In this document: in pieces, positions 25,991 to 35,212 of the stretch | How positions within the stretch are numbered: position 1 is the first letter of the stretch | Layout of the letters: the number at the start of each line of letters is the position of its first letter | From: an uncultured delta proteobacterium | GTDB taxonomy: Bacteria; Myxococcota_A; Polyangia; Polyangiales; Polyangiaceae | Direction: 5' to 3' | DNA length: 64,000 bases | Assembly (NCBI GenBank): GCA_963806225.1 | Contig: CAWDXG010000004.1 | Coordinates: forward strand, 3,008,001 to 3,072,000 | Made by a program: the position numbers and the translations under genes | The notes under the pieces: generated by a model | Told to the model about the DNA's origin: nothing | The model's input: only the letters and a program-made list of their open reading frames with translations | Database searches by the model: none

Positions 25991-27367
25991 CTAGCCGGCC
26001 ACCACCTTGCGCGGAAGCTGCGTCCCTTCGAGCACACGCCCCTTCGAATCGGGCTTGTGGTCGATCAAGAACCAGGTGCGCATCCGCCCTTTGCCCTTGA
26101 CCTCGATCTCGCCACGCGGCTCGAAATCGTACAGATCCTGGAGGAGCTTGTAGGTGTCTTCCGTGACCTGGATGTTGCCGGGCTTGGAGTGGGACTCCAT
26201 GCGGCTGGCGGTGTTTACCGTGTCGCCCCAGACGTCGTAGATGAACTTGCGCTTTCCGATCACGCCGGCCACGACAGGTCCAGTGTGGATACCGATGCGG
26301 ATGTCGAGGCTGTCGTGGAATTCGCGGCTGAATACCGCGGCGCGGCGGCGCATGGCGAGCGCCATCTCGGCGATCGCGTTGGCATGATCGTACTCGTGAC
26401 TGTGCAGCCCGCCGGCGACCATGTAGGCGTCACCGATGGTCTTTATCTTCTCGAGGTGGAGCTTGTCCACCAGGTCGTCAAAGCTCGAGAAGATGCGGTT
26501 CAGGCGTCCCACCAGCTCCTCGGGCTGGAGTCGCGCGGACATCCTGGTGAAGCCGACGATATCGGCGAACAGCACCGACACCTGCGCGAAGCCGTCGGCG
26601 ATAGCGCTCTGTCCGGACTTGAGGCGGTCCGCGATGCTCGGCGGCAGGACGTTCAACAGAAGCTCCTCGGAGCGGGCCTTCTCCTTTCCCAGCGCCTCGA
26701 CCTGCCGCTGGATCACCCGCCGCTGCAGGAAGCTCTCCCTGTCCTTGCGGTCGAGCTGGTAGGCAAGAAGAGCTCCGATGCCTCCGAGGGACAGCAGCGT
26801 GACGCTGATCGAGATGCGGATCGAGAGCGGACTACCGGAGTACAGGGCAGCCAGCAGGTTGAATGTGAACATGGTGAGCGCCGTGTAGGCCACCTGTGTG
26901 GACACGCTCATGCGCGCCACGAAGGGGCCGAGCGTCACGAACAGCACCGAATACGAGGTGTACAGGTAGAAACCGTACAGCGGCGAAAGCACGCCGATGT
27001 ACAACACCACGACGTTCGCCGCCATGCCGTACAGGAGCATCGCTGCCTGCCCCCAGCGGGCCAGATGACGCGAGCCGACCAAGGCGAGCACCAGCGCGGC
27101 CGTGGGCAGGAAGATGCCGTATCGCACCGCCCACGCGCGGAGGTGGACCGACGGCACGACCAGCCAGTCGTGAACGCCGTACGCGAGGAAGACGACCGAG
27201 GCGATCGTCAAACTGAAACGCAGATAGCGCCGGAGCCCGGGCAGCGCGTCGCGGCGGTAGGCGGCTTCCAGAGCGCGATCGACGAGCTCGCCGCGGTAGT
27301 CGATACGCGGCGGGGCCTCTGGCTCGAGGTCGCCCGAGCTGCCTTCCGTTGTAGGTCCGGCATCCAT
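25991..27367 (-). CDS. Membrane-bound class III adenylate/guanylate cyclase
   Basis: Multiple TM helices, [47 protein letters not shown]; Lys/Asp specificity residues suggest ATP. Confidence 0.95.
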   Translation of the reverse strand: MDAGPTTEGSSGDLEPEAPPRIDYRGELVDRALEAAYRRDALPGLRRYLRFSLTIASVVFLAYGVHDWLVVPSVHLRAWAVRYGIFLPTAALVLALVGSRHLARWGQAAMLLYGMAANVVVLYIGVLSPLYGFYLYTSYSVLFVTLGPFVARMSVSTQVAYTALTMFTFNLLAALYSGSPLSIRISISVTLLSLGGIGALLAYQLDRKDRESFLQRRVIQRQVEALGKEKARSEELLLNVLPPSIADRLKSGQSAIADGFAQVSVLFADIVGFTRMSARLQPEELVGRLNRIFSSFDDLVDKLHLEKIKTIGDAYMVAGGLHSHEYDHANAIAEMALAMRRRAAVFSREFHDSLDIRIGIHTGPVVAGVIGKRKFIYDVWGDTVNTASRMESHSKPGNIQVTEDTYKLLQDLYDFEPRGEIEVKGKGRMRTWFLIDHKPDSKGRVLEGTQLPRKVVAG

Positions 27368-27477
27368 GTTCCCGCTCCCGCTGGTGCCAGGCCACGGTAG
27401 CAGACTCGCCGTCGTCGTCACGCTACCGATGCCTGCTTCCAGAGCCCCGGGGCGTAACGGTTGTCGCGCTCCCACCG

Positions 27478-28836
27478 GTGGCCGATGCTGCGATCGTGAA
27501 ACACGCGCTCCGCCCCGAGCCCGCGCTGTCGCTCGCCGCGCTCAGAGTCGTGGTGCCGGCGATGGTGCTGCTCGCGCCCGGGTTCCGGCAGGGTGTCCGG
27601 GTGGCGGCGTGGGCACCGGCGCGGTGGGTCGTGCCCGAGGGGCTCCACTGGTTTGTCGCCCACGTACCTATCTCGCCGCGCTGGGCGCTCACGGCGCAGG
27701 TGCTCACCGCGTTCTGTGCGCTGTGCGCAATGGTCGGCATCCGCGCGCGGCTGGCCCTGGGCGCGCTCACGCTTTCCACCTTCTACCTCTTCTCCATCGC
27801 ACAGCTGACCGGCTGGGTGTGGCACGACATGCACCTCTTGTGGTTCTGTGCGCTGCTCGCCGCCAGCCCGTGCGACGACGTGCTCGCGGTCGACGCGACC
27901 CGACCGCTGCTTTCTCAAGGCGTGCGCTACGCGCGGCCGCTGCTCTACGTGCGGCTTCTCCTGGGCGCCGTGTACTTCTTCCCGGGGCTGCACAAGCTGA
28001 TGCAGAGCGGGCTTTCCTGGGCGCTGTCGAACAACCTGAGAAACCAGCTGTGGTGGAAGTGGGCGGAGCACGGCAGCGTGCCGCATTTCCGCGTCGACCA
28101 TTTCCCCTGGCTCCTGCACGGCGGCGGCCTGTTCGTGCTGTTCTTCGAGCTGTCGTTCCCGCTGCTCGTCCTGTTTCGTCGGACCCGACCGGTGGCGGCG
28201 GCTGCGGGCATCGCCTTCCACGTGCTCGCGCGAGGGCTGTTCCTGATCCCGTTCGAGAGCCTCTGGGTGTGCTACGTCGCCCTGGTCGATCTGCGTCCGC
28301 TGGTCCGCCGCCTTCCGCGCATCGGCAAGCGGCTCGCCGAGCCGGCGGGCGCACCCCCTCCCGCGCGATCTGTCACGCTCTGGGCACCGGTCGCGGTCGG
28401 CTCCATCCTCCTCGTTCCGGCGGTAGTCCAGGGCGCTCGCGGACAGATGCAGTCGTATCCGTTCGCATGCTACCCGACCTTCCAGTGGCAGCCCGGCACG
28501 CGCATGCCGGATCTGGTGGTCACCGCCGTCGGGCCCCAGGGTCGCGAGGTCGAGCTCCCCCACGCCCGCGACGACCGCGGCTACCGCACCCAGCGGCAGT
28601 GGGCCGAGGTGTGGGCGCTGGCCGGAGTGACCGCGAAACCCGACGCGCGACGGCTCCAGGGGTACTACCGGTCGCTCGTGCAGCACGAGCCCGATCGCCA
28701 CCTCGCCCTGGGCGCAACGCGGGTGCGTTTCTACCGCGTTTACCGCTCGGTGGCGCCGGAAGACCGCGGGAAGCCGCCGCTCGAACGGCGGCTCCTGCTC
28801 GAGCTCCGGCAGCGCGAGCCAGCCACTACTCGCTGA
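27478..28836 (+). CDS. HTTM-like multi-pass membrane protein
   Basis: Several TM helices, 'SPCDDVLAVDA', 'VYFFPGLHKL', 'FELSFP', 'FH', and soluble C-terminal 'YPFACYPTF' region. Confidence 0.65.
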   Translation: MADAAIVKHALRPEPALSLAALRVVVPAMVLLAPGFRQGVRVAAWAPARWVVPEGLHWFVAHVPISPRWALTAQVLTAFCALCAMVGIRARLALGALTLSTFYLFSIAQLTGWVWHDMHLLWFCALLAASPCDDVLAVDATRPLLSQGVRYARPLLYVRLLLGAVYFFPGLHKLMQSGLSWALSNNLRNQLWWKWAEHGSVPHFRVDHFPWLLHGGGLFVLFFELSFPLLVLFRRTRPVAAAAGIAFHVLARGLFLIPFESLWVCYVALVDLRPLVRRLPRIGKRLAEPAGAPPPARSVTLWAPVAVGSILLVPAVVQGARGQMQSYPFACYPTFQWQPGTRMPDLVVTAVGPQGREVELPHARDDRGYRTQRQWAEVWALAGVTAKPDARRLQGYYRSLVQHEPDRHLALGATRVRFYRVYRSVAPEDRGKPPLERRLLLELRQREPATTR

Positions 28837-29632
28837 TCGGAAGCCCGCGCTCCATCAGCGGCCGGCGGACGCGCTCCTGCATGGCTCGCTCGGCCAGCGC
28901 GATATAGGCGTCGCTCTGCATCCAGCCGAGCGCGTCGCCGACGCTCGCGTCGTAGTCCGAGCTGCGCGTCTTCTTGATGCCTTCCCACTGACGCTTGATG
29001 ACCCGCATGCTGCGGTCGGCGGCACGTCCGAGATAGACGCGATCGTCCGCGTCGAGGTCGGGTAGCGCCCAGTCGAGGAACGAGAAACCGAAGGTGCCGT
29101 GCGCGGCTTCGTCGCGCACGATGCGCCCGAGCACCGCACGCGGGAGCGGATGGCGCGCCGCCTTCCAGGTCGAACGAAGCAGCGGGATGGAGAGCGCCTC
29201 GCCCACACAGAAGAAGCGCACCACCATGTCCGCCGCGCGCAGTAGCGGTCTAAGCTCCGGCGACGGCTCCACGATGAGCTGGTCGGGGTCGTGCTGGATC
29301 TCGGTCCCTCCGCCCAGTTCCATGGCCATCCGCGCGCACAGCTCGACGTGGGCCAGCTCGTCCATCGGAAAGCGCGACGCCAACGCGACCAGGTCCAGCG
29401 GGGCGCGGCATTCCATCAGCGCGCGCAGCGCGGCAGTGCAGGCGATCCCCGTCCGGTGCTCCTGGAACGCGGCGCCCGTCCACTGCTTGCGGGCGACGAT
29501 CAGCGAGCGCTCGGGAACGCCGGTCGTGTCGAAGCTGCCCCACGGCATGGCTTCGACGTCGGGGCGCATCTTGCGGTAGCGCCGCTCGATGCCCTCGCCG
29601 AAGAGCTCCAGCTCGAAAAGCTCGGACCCCAT
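28826..29632 (-). CDS. Ferritin-like diiron-carboxylate protein
   Basis: Ligand pattern E (FQEH)...DELAH...E (VGEA)...DEAAH of four-helix diiron proteins. Confidence 0.85.
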   Translation of the reverse strand: MGSELFELELFGEGIERRYRKMRPDVEAMPWGSFDTTGVPERSLIVARKQWTGAAFQEHRTGIACTAALRALMECRAPLDLVALASRFPMDELAHVELCARMAMELGGGTEIQHDPDQLIVEPSPELRPLLRAADMVVRFFCVGEALSIPLLRSTWKAARHPLPRAVLGRIVRDEAAHGTFGFSFLDWALPDLDADDRVYLGRAADRSMRVIKRQWEGIKKTRSSDYDASVGDALGWMQSDAYIALAERAMQERVRRPLMERGLPISE

Positions 29633-29643
29633 GGCGTTGCGCG

Positions 29644-29962
29644 CTACTGGTTTCCGCCGTCCAGCGGCGGCGGAACCAGGTTCGCCACGACGTCCAGCAC
29701 CGACCCGTGATCCTGCAGTGCGTCGGCACCGGCGTCGGGCGGTGCGACGAGGTTGGCCACCACGTCGAGCGCGCTGCCGTCCGGAGGCGCGACCAGATTC
29801 GCGACCACGTCGTGTCCGTTGACGTCGGCCTGGGCGTCCTTGTGCGGCGTCACCTTCTTGCCGGACGTTCTCGGTACTCCCACCGCACGCGACGTAGCTC
29901 ACCGCCGCCACGCCGATCGAAGCCACCAACAATTTCCGTCCGCGCCGCTGTCGAGTCGCCAT
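29644..29962 (-). CDS. Small lipoprotein-signal peptide (~105 aa) with three DVVANLV(A/P)PP repeats; 1-nt frameshift ~29868; candidate modified-peptide precursor
   Basis: MATRQRRGRKLLVASIGVAAVSYVACGGSTE then, after removing one A (GAGAACG->GAGACG), TSGKKVTPHKD...DVVANLVAPPD...DVVANLVAPPD...DVVANLVPPPLDGGNQ*. Confidence 0.75.
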
Positions 29963-30060
29963 CCCGAAATCAGTGTCGGCGAAAACCTGGGCCACCGCAA
30001 GCCGACCCCGCGGACGGTCCGGATGTGGTAGCGTGGAGCCCTGCTTGTGGATGGGCTTCT

Positions 30061-30825
30061 ATGGGGGTCTTTGTGAAAAAGGGTTGGGCGTGGCTTGGCG
30101 TGGCGTTGCTGGCATTGCCGGCGTGCGGCAGCAGCGGTGATGGCGGCGGGGGCTCGAGCCCTGGCGGCGCGGCGGGCGCGGCAGGCTCGGATGCTGGGAC
30201 TGCCGGCAGCGGCGGCCAGGCGGGCGGCGCTGCCGGTATGGGCGGAACGAGCGGAGCGTCGGGCACCGGCGGCGTCGCAGGCACGGGCGGCGTGGGCGGA
30301 ACGGCGGGGATGGGCGGCACGGGCGGCGCAGCGGGCGCCGGAAACGCCTGCAACGACCCGGGGCCGGAGCCCAACAACTCGGAACCGCTCGCAAGCCCCG
30401 CGTGTGGTGCTTCAACCTGCGACGCGACCGATTGTGACGGCACCGGCTCGTCCAGCTACGGGGGCCCGCTGGCGTCGGCGACCGGCATGGTCGGCCCGGG
30501 CGACATCGACTACATGCACTACCACGGCAAGGACACGCTCTCGCTGTGCACGGTCGATCCGACCGTCAGCACGCAGGACTCGGGCTATCGGCTCTGCGCG
30601 TTCGTCGCCTGCGACCTGAGCGCGACGCACTTCCTCGGCTGCAACCAGGGGACGCACGCGAAAAGCCCGAACGGGCTGGACGGATGCTGCGTCGACGCGC
30701 CGGGAGCGGTCGAAATCAACCACGATTGCACGTCCAGCGTATCCGACGATGACTCGGCCACCATCTACATCAGGGTGGACGAGGCCGCGGCCTGCACGCC
30801 GTACACCGTCGACTATCACTTCTAG
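30061..30825 (+). CDS. Gly-linker, Cys-rich lipoprotein with EPN/PPC-like C-terminal domain
   Basis: LPAC lipobox, GGxGG linker, 'PEPNNS', 'GDIDYMHY', many Cys, ends YTVDYHF. Confidence 0.7.
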   Translation: MGVFVKKGWAWLGVALLALPACGSSGDGGGGSSPGGAAGAAGSDAGTAGSGGQAGGAAGMGGTSGASGTGGVAGTGGVGGTAGMGGTGGAAGAGNACNDPGPEPNNSEPLASPACGASTCDATDCDGTGSSSYGGPLASATGMVGPGDIDYMHYHGKDTLSLCTVDPTVSTQDSGYRLCAFVACDLSATHFLGCNQGTHAKSPNGLDGCCVDAPGAVEINHDCTSSVSDDDSATIYIRVDEAAACTPYTVDYHF

Positions 30826-30849
30826 CGGCGGCGCGCGGCTCGGGCTGCT

Positions 30850-32361
30850 TCAGGGCATGCCCGTACCGCCGGTGGGGTTGGACGAGCAGTACTGCTCACC
30901 GGCCGGGTCAACCGTGGCTGCGGGCGCGCCGGATGGCGCCGTCGGGAACGACATCTGGTTGAAGTCGAACATGTCCAGCAGGGGCCAGGCGTTGGCATCC
31001 CGGTTGGTCATCGCCGGCAGGTCGAAGCGGTTCTCGATGAAGCGCGTGACGCTGGTGTGGTCGGTCACCAGGTGGCTCACGTACCCGGGGCGCACCCAGG
31101 CCGAGGCCACAACGAGCGGCGTACGTATCCCCAGACGATCGAAGTGGAAGTCCGGCGGCACGTAGTTGTCCGGCTCGCAGGCCTTGGGCGGCGGCACGTG
31201 GTCGTACAAGCCGCCGTGCTCGTCGTACATCAGGAAGAAAACAGTGTTGTCCCACACGGCCGGATTGGACATCAGCTTGTCCAGCACCCGCGCCGTGAAC
31301 TTCTGCCCGAGCTGGATGTTACTGGGCGGGTGCTCGTCGTTCTCGGTGCCGCCGGTGCCGAGCAGCGTCGGATCGACGAAGGCCACGTCGGGCAGGGTGT
31401 CGTTGTCCACGTCGCTGTCGAACGTCGACATCGAACTGCCGTAGTACTTGGTGTCGGTGGGCTTGAATATGGACGCAAACGAGATGTGGTCGCGGTAGAT
31501 CTTCCAGGTTCGCCCCGCCTGGTCGAGGAGGTCCATGATCTTGGGCGCTGTACGGTAGGCCTGGTTCACGAACACCGTACCGTCGCTCGTCTTGGTGTTT
31601 CCCCAGGACGTGGCTCCATAGAGGTAGAAACGATTCGGCCAGGTCGGACCGAGCAGCGAGCTGAAATTCCGGTCGCTGATCGCGAACGTCTTTGCGAGCC
31701 AGTAGTAGTAGGGGATGTCCGTGTCGTCGTAGTAGCCCATGGCGCGTGCGCCGCCGGGGTTGTTGGTCGCGACGAAGCCGTCCATCAGGCCGTTGTCGTA
31801 CTGCAGGTGCACCGCCGTCCACTCGTGATCGGTATCCAGGATGCAGTAGCGGCTCTCGTGGTACTGGAAGATCTTCGACGGCGGGTTCGTGTCGGGGTCG
31901 TAGTTGAAGTCCTGACCCGTAGCGACGTTGACGTTGGTCACGCCGTAGTCGGGCAGCTTGCTGAAGTACTGGTCGAAGCTGCGGTTTTCCATCATCAGCA
32001 CGACGATGTGATCGAACGGCAGCTTTGTATCGCCGTGCGGAACGTTCGGGCCTATCGTCGTCGTCGTCAAGTCACCGGGCCCGTACGTGCAGCCCTGTCG
32101 GTCGTTGGCGTGCACGTCGTACGGGGGCGGCCCGACCGGTGCATCGCTGCCCGCATCGCCGACAGTGCCCCCGGTGCCACCCGTCGCACCAGCACTGCCT
32201 CCCACGCCGGCGTCGGCACCGGCCGCGCCAGAAGCCCCTGCCGTACCGGCGCTGCCGCCGCCCGCTCCGGCGCTGCCGCCGCTACCGCTGCTGCTGCCGT
32301 CCCCGCCGCCACAGGCGACGAGCAGCGCCGCCGTACAGGCGGCGAGAAGAATCCTACGCAC
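30850..32361 (-). CDS. Phospholipase C / phosphoesterase family lipoprotein
   Basis: LVAC lipobox; HIVVLMMENRSFD, GPTWPNR, DEHPP, YDEHGGLYDHVPPP, LGIRTP, DHTS. Confidence 0.93.
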   Translation of the reverse strand: MRRILLAACTAALLVACGGGDGSSSGSGGSAGAGGGSAGTAGASGAAGADAGVGGSAGATGGTGGTVGDAGSDAPVGPPPYDVHANDRQGCTYGPGDLTTTTIGPNVPHGDTKLPFDHIVVLMMENRSFDQYFSKLPDYGVTNVNVATGQDFNYDPDTNPPSKIFQYHESRYCILDTDHEWTAVHLQYDNGLMDGFVATNNPGGARAMGYYDDTDIPYYYWLAKTFAISDRNFSSLLGPTWPNRFYLYGATSWGNTKTSDGTVFVNQAYRTAPKIMDLLDQAGRTWKIYRDHISFASIFKPTDTKYYGSSMSTFDSDVDNDTLPDVAFVDPTLLGTGGTENDEHPPSNIQLGQKFTARVLDKLMSNPAVWDNTVFFLMYDEHGGLYDHVPPPKACEPDNYVPPDFHFDRLGIRTPLVVASAWVRPGYVSHLVTDHTSVTRFIENRFDLPAMTNRDANAWPLLDMFDFNQMSFPTAPSGAPAATVDPAGEQYCSSNPTGGTGMP

Positions 32362-32484
32362 TTTTCTACCTCCCCGAAGCCACGAGCCTGATCCCAGCAT
32401 AGACTCACGATGCCGCCTGCGTCGAGCCGAAGCGTTGCGGCAGCGCCAGACAGCCCGGCTGATGGCTGGTACAATGGGAGAGTT

Positions 32485-33393
32485 GTGAGCCGGATACTTG
32501 ACTGGGCAGCGGCGGGGATTGCGGGCGTCCTGCTTGCGGCTTGCGCGACCTCGGTCGGCAACGACTCGATCGCGACCAATGACCCCGGCACGTTCGACAG
32601 CGGCCCGGACGCAGGTGTCCCGGACGCGACTCCCTGGCCCACGGGCGGCAGTGGCGGCTATGCGGGAGGCGGCGGCTATGCGGGCAGTGGCGGCTATGCC
32701 GGCACCGGAGGCAGCGCAGGAACCGGAACCGGCGGCAGCTCAGGAACCGGAACCGGCGGCAGCGCAGGAACCGGAACCGGCGGCAGCAGCGGCAGCTGTA
32801 CGCCCGGGCAGATCCACGACGTCGGCCCGTGCGCCAAGTGCGGCACACTGCGCCAGACGTGCGACTCGTCGGGGCAGTGGGGTACAGCAACGTGTGTCAA
32901 CCAGGGAGTGTGCGACCCGAACTCGCAGGACTCGCAGTCGTGCAACAGCTGCGGCACCAAGACCCGCACCTGCCAGCAGAACTGCACCTGGGGAAGCTGG
33001 GGCAGCTGCCAGAGCGGCGGGCAGTGCTCGCCGGGGCAGACGGATAGCCAGGCGTGCGGCAACTGCGGCAGCGGCACGAAGACCCGCACCTGCGACAATA
33101 GCTGCAACTGGGGCGCGTGGAGTGGCTGCCTGGGCTCGAGCGGTTGCACGCCCGGGAACACGCAGACCCAGACGGGGAACTGCAAGTGCGGCAAACAGAC
33201 GCGGACCTGTACCAGCAGCTGCACCTGGGGCGGCTGGGGCAGCTGCTCGACCCAGTGCAAATGGAACAGCGGCACGACGTGGCAGTGCTGCGGCGTGAGC
33301 AAGTGGAAGTTCTGTGCTTCCGACGGTTGCTGGAATCCGTGCGCCTACAGCACCAATGCGTCCTGCTGTACGGGCTCCGGCGGGACCTGCTAG
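32485..33393 (+). CDS. Cys/Trp-rich lipoprotein with four thrombospondin-1-like repeats
   Basis: LAAC lipobox, Gly linker, ~38-aa repeats C.PG.....C..CG..TRTC...C.WG.W..C; start approximate. Confidence 0.75.
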   Translation: MSRILDWAAAGIAGVLLAACATSVGNDSIATNDPGTFDSGPDAGVPDATPWPTGGSGGYAGGGGYAGSGGYAGTGGSAGTGTGGSSGTGTGGSAGTGTGGSSGSCTPGQIHDVGPCAKCGTLRQTCDSSGQWGTATCVNQGVCDPNSQDSQSCNSCGTKTRTCQQNCTWGSWGSCQSGGQCSPGQTDSQACGNCGSGTKTRTCDNSCNWGAWSGCLGSSGCTPGNTQTQTGNCKCGKQTRTCTSSCTWGGWGSCSTQCKWNSGTTWQCCGVSKWKFCASDGCWNPCAYSTNASCCTGSGGTC

Positions 33394-33422
33394 CGCGGAG
33401 TTGAAACGGGAGAACTCAACGG

Positions 33423-34052
33423 ATGCACGTCCAGCTTTCTCCGCCCACGCTGATACTTCTCGCGTCCCTTGGCGCAACGGTGGCCTGCGGGGGCAAGGTC
33501 GGCGCTATCGCCACCAACGAGATATGGGACGACGGCGGAGCCGGCGTGGCGGGCGCCGACGCGGGCAATGCCGGCTTCCCCGGGACGGGCGGCGCCGGCG
33601 GAGCGGCTGGCGCGGCTGGACAGGGCGGCACGGCTGGACAGGGCGGCACGGCTGGACAGGGCGGCAGCGCCGGGGCGCCGACCGTGTGCAACCCGGGCGA
33701 CACGCGCGACGTGGGCAGCTGCAGCAAGTGCGGTACGAAGCGGGAAACCTGCGACAACACCGGCAACTGGGGCGCGGCGCAGTGCGAGGGTCAAGGCGCG
33801 TGCACCCCGGGCCAGACCCAGAACCAGAGCTGCGACGACTGCGGCGACACCCAGACCCGCACCTGCGACAACAGCTGCAAGTGGGGGGCCTTCAGCAAGT
33901 GCCCGGGCGCCTGCGACTGGAAGCAGGGCACGAACTGGCGCTGCTGCGCCGCCGGCTCCTGGGAGTTCTGCCTGGGCAAGTGCCAGTGGAGCGGCGGCTG
34001 CTCGGCCAACTCCAACGCCTCGTGCTGCACCGGCGCCGGCCCGCGCTGCTGA
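33423..34052 (+). CDS. Paralogous Cys/Trp-rich lipoprotein (two repeats)
   Basis: TVAC lipobox, same repeat and same C-terminal cap C.W..GT.W.CC....W.FC...NASCCTG.G..C. Confidence 0.75.
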   Translation: MHVQLSPPTLILLASLGATVACGGKVGAIATNEIWDDGGAGVAGADAGNAGFPGTGGAGGAAGAAGQGGTAGQGGTAGQGGSAGAPTVCNPGDTRDVGSCSKCGTKRETCDNTGNWGAAQCEGQGACTPGQTQNQSCDDCGDTQTRTCDNSCKWGAFSKCPGACDWKQGTNWRCCAAGSWEFCLGKCQWSGGCSANSNASCCTGAGPRC

Positions 34053-34091
34053 GCGCGCCGCCGACCCCGGCCGGCGACGCGCTCCCGGGGG

Positions 34092-35129
34092 TCACTTGCA
34101 GCTTGCCGGATCGCCGAGCGTGCACTTGGCGTTGACGCACACCGCCGGCTGCAGGCACGTGGGGCCCTTCTGGGCGTCACACGAATCGCCGTCCGCCGCG
34201 GCGGCCTGACACGTCCCCTGAGTCTGGCCAGTCGGGATGGCGCAGTGCCCGCCGGCGCCGCATGCGATGACTCCGCCGCTCACCAGCCCACAGGGCTTCC
34301 CGGAATCGACAACCTGGAGCGCCTCGCAGACATTGGTGGAGGGATTGCAGAACAGCCCCGCCAACGTGTCGCACTCCCCGCTCTTGCAGGCCTTGCCGGC
34401 GCCCACCGGCTGCGCGCACGTCCCGGACGCGCAGACCAGTCCCGCCTTGCAGTCACGAGCATCGGTACAATTACCGCCACCGTCCACCGGCTGCGCACAG
34501 ACGCTCTTGCTGTTGCAGACGAGGCCGCTCTGGCATCCGTCGTTCGACGTGCACGCCTTGCCTGCCGCGGCGCGATCCGCGCAAGCGCCGCAGATGCCGT
34601 TCGACACGCTGCAGTAGGCGCTCTTGCACTGGTTGTTGGAGCCGCAGGCCTTGCCGTTGACCAACGAGCCCGCGATGTTGCACTCGCTCGGACTCTGGAT
34701 GCCCCGCGCGAGGTCCGCGCAATCCAGCTTGGAGAAGGCCGTTGCGCAGGCGCCCAGCTGGGCGGGCGTCACCGACGCTCCGGGTGCGGTGGTCCCGCTC
34801 TGGCAGGTGATCGTGGCGCGGGTCGCGCAGGTCTGGACGTCGCCGTACGTGAGCTTGATCAGCGTGGGCGAGCACTGCTCCAGCTTGTTGCAGACGGCTG
34901 TCGCCACCGCCGAGCAGTCACCGCTACCGGTGCCGCCGGTACCTGCCGTGCCGCCGGTGCCCGCCGTACCGCCGGTGCTACCGCCGCTGCCGCCGGTGCC
35001 TGCCGTGCCGCCGGTGCTGCCGCCGCTGCCGCCATTGCCGTTTCCGTTGTCGCTGCCGCCGCACGCGCTGGTCAGGGCCAGCGCGCAGACAGAAACCAGC
35101 GTGCCCAGAATCAAGGAACGAATACGCAT
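34092..35129 (-). CDS. Cys-rich lipoprotein (short disulfide-rich repeats)
   Basis: TSAC lipobox, Gly linker, repeats G..C.....C.SGLVC....C. Confidence 0.75.
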   Translation of the reverse strand: MRIRSLILGTLVSVCALALTSACGGSDNGNGNGGSGGSTGGTAGTGGSGGSTGGTAGTGGTAGTGGTGSGDCSAVATAVCNKLEQCSPTLIKLTYGDVQTCATRATITCQSGTTAPGASVTPAQLGACATAFSKLDCADLARGIQSPSECNIAGSLVNGKACGSNNQCKSAYCSVSNGICGACADRAAAGKACTSNDGCQSGLVCNSKSVCAQPVDGGGNCTDARDCKAGLVCASGTCAQPVGAGKACKSGECDTLAGLFCNPSTNVCEALQVVDSGKPCGLVSGGVIACGAGGHCAIPTGQTQGTCQAAAADGDSCDAQKGPTCLQPAVCVNAKCTLGDPASCK

Positions 35130-35212
35130 AATGCCTCCTCCTCTGCCATGGTACGCGACTCTCGCGCGGGCTCCTAGTCCCGCCGCCCCGACGCCTTTTC
35201 CATGCGTATCTG

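Noticed and set aside
28826..29995. 389-aa ORF fusing a signal peptide to the ferritin-like domain
   Set aside because: The middle ~80 codons are Arg-rich off-frame sequence. The alternative frame carries the codon-diversified DVVANLVAPP repeats, so two genes plus a 1-nt insertion is more parsimonious.
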